From: Paraglomus brasilianum
Lineage: Eukaryota
Direction of reading: 5' to 3'
Length of the DNA stretch: 53,565 bases
Assembly: GCA_910592345.1 (NCBI GenBank)
Contig: CAJVPI010000104.1
Coordinates: 1-53,565, forward strand
In this document: positions 52,742-53,565 of the stretch, one piece after another
Position numbering within the stretch: position 1 is the first letter of the stretch
Layout of the letters: each line of letters begins with the position of its first letter
Notes under the pieces: model-generated
Told to the model about the DNA's origin: nothing
The model's input: the letters and a program-made list of their open reading frames with translations, nothing else
Databases searched by the model: none
Made by a program: the position numbers and the translations under genes

Positions 52742-53149
52742 AAGACGTTCTGTGGTCCTCATCTGTATAATTCATGTTTGACTCATAGTCGCTTGTTAAT
52801 TGTATATTTATTGTTGATACGAAGTGTATTTATTTATTGGTTTATTAGGCATCTGCAAATTTATTTTCACGTATTGTTTATAGTGATTAGATTTCAATAT
52901 GTGTGTCCAGGAGGTTAAATTATAAATACTTCGTCCGCGATAATCATGGCAAAATGGACAATGTGAAGATATAAATAAAGGATGTTAAGAATTGTGTAAT
53001 CAAATATCTTTTCTTGTTGTAAAAGGAATTTAATCCCTCAATTATCGATAGCATTGACACGACAGTTCATAACTGGCAAATTTCGATGGATTTGTAGAAC
53101 AATGACAATTTCCCAACTATGTGTAGTCACGAGAACCACATGATCATGC

Positions 53150-53565
53150 CTGCGTTAATACATCTCGTTAGTAGACAAAGTCATTCGCAAATATCAACAG
53201 TCCAATAACTCAGAATCCCCATAGATTTCTTTTCTCACACCGTCAATCGGAATTGAATATCTGATTACCTGTGTGTTTTGAACCTGCTTTTTATTTTTAT
53301 TAAATGGTGTGGTGTAATGGCAAAACCATTGATCCTGATACACGTTCTTGATACACTTGCTGGGGTCATACCCCAAAATCAATTTTTCATGTGACCCCGT
53401 TGTTATTCGCAATATTATTGGTCTGAACAATTTTGATTAATCCCCCAATTCCCCAAATGGTTTACGCGCTCTCTTAACACATACTACGATGTCTTTGTCA
53501 GCCTGCCATTTGGCAGGCAAGAGCTGTTGAAGAATACATATGCAGACATAACCTCCTGAAGAACA
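53150..53565 (-). pseudogene. Possible degraded TLDc-domain gene fragment (cut by the window edge)
   Basis: PIILRITTGSHEKLILGYDP loosely resembles the TLDc motif PTxxIIKxxxxxxIxGGYNP. Flanking frames contain stops. Confidence 0.3.

Overview
This is AT-rich eukaryotic DNA with short GT-AG introns. The gene content (a kinase-Sel1 gene, a decayed kinase of the same general type, pogo/CENP-B relics) points to an early-diverging fungus, most likely an arbuscular mycorrhizal fungus (Glomeromycotina); this is inference. Genes reconstructed by hand, in order: PAS-domain kinase (-), RPL32 (-), a degraded kinase pseudogene (-), long-chain fatty alcohol oxidase (+), thymidylate kinase (+), Vps17-type PX-BAR sorting nexin (-), a SMIM13-like exon (+), a secreted alpha/beta hydrolase (+), decayed pogo/Tigger transposase fragments, two paralogous Cys-rich Gly/Ser-rich surface proteins (the second frameshifted), FTR1-family iron permease (+), a kinase with 15 Sel1 repeats (-), cytosolic HSP90 (+), a stand-alone tomosyn-type R-SNARE protein (+) and a possible TLDc remnant at the right edge. 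I saw no rRNA, tRNA or CRISPR array, and I cannot support a single multi-gene novel system. The best leads are a structured, H/ACA-like RNA in the RPL32 5'UTR intron, the WD40-less tomosyn-like protein, hairpins in two consecutive introns of the alcohol oxidase, an HSP90 terminal coding micro-exon that completes the EEID motif, and the duplicated surface-protein pair. All exon boundaries are manual predictions.
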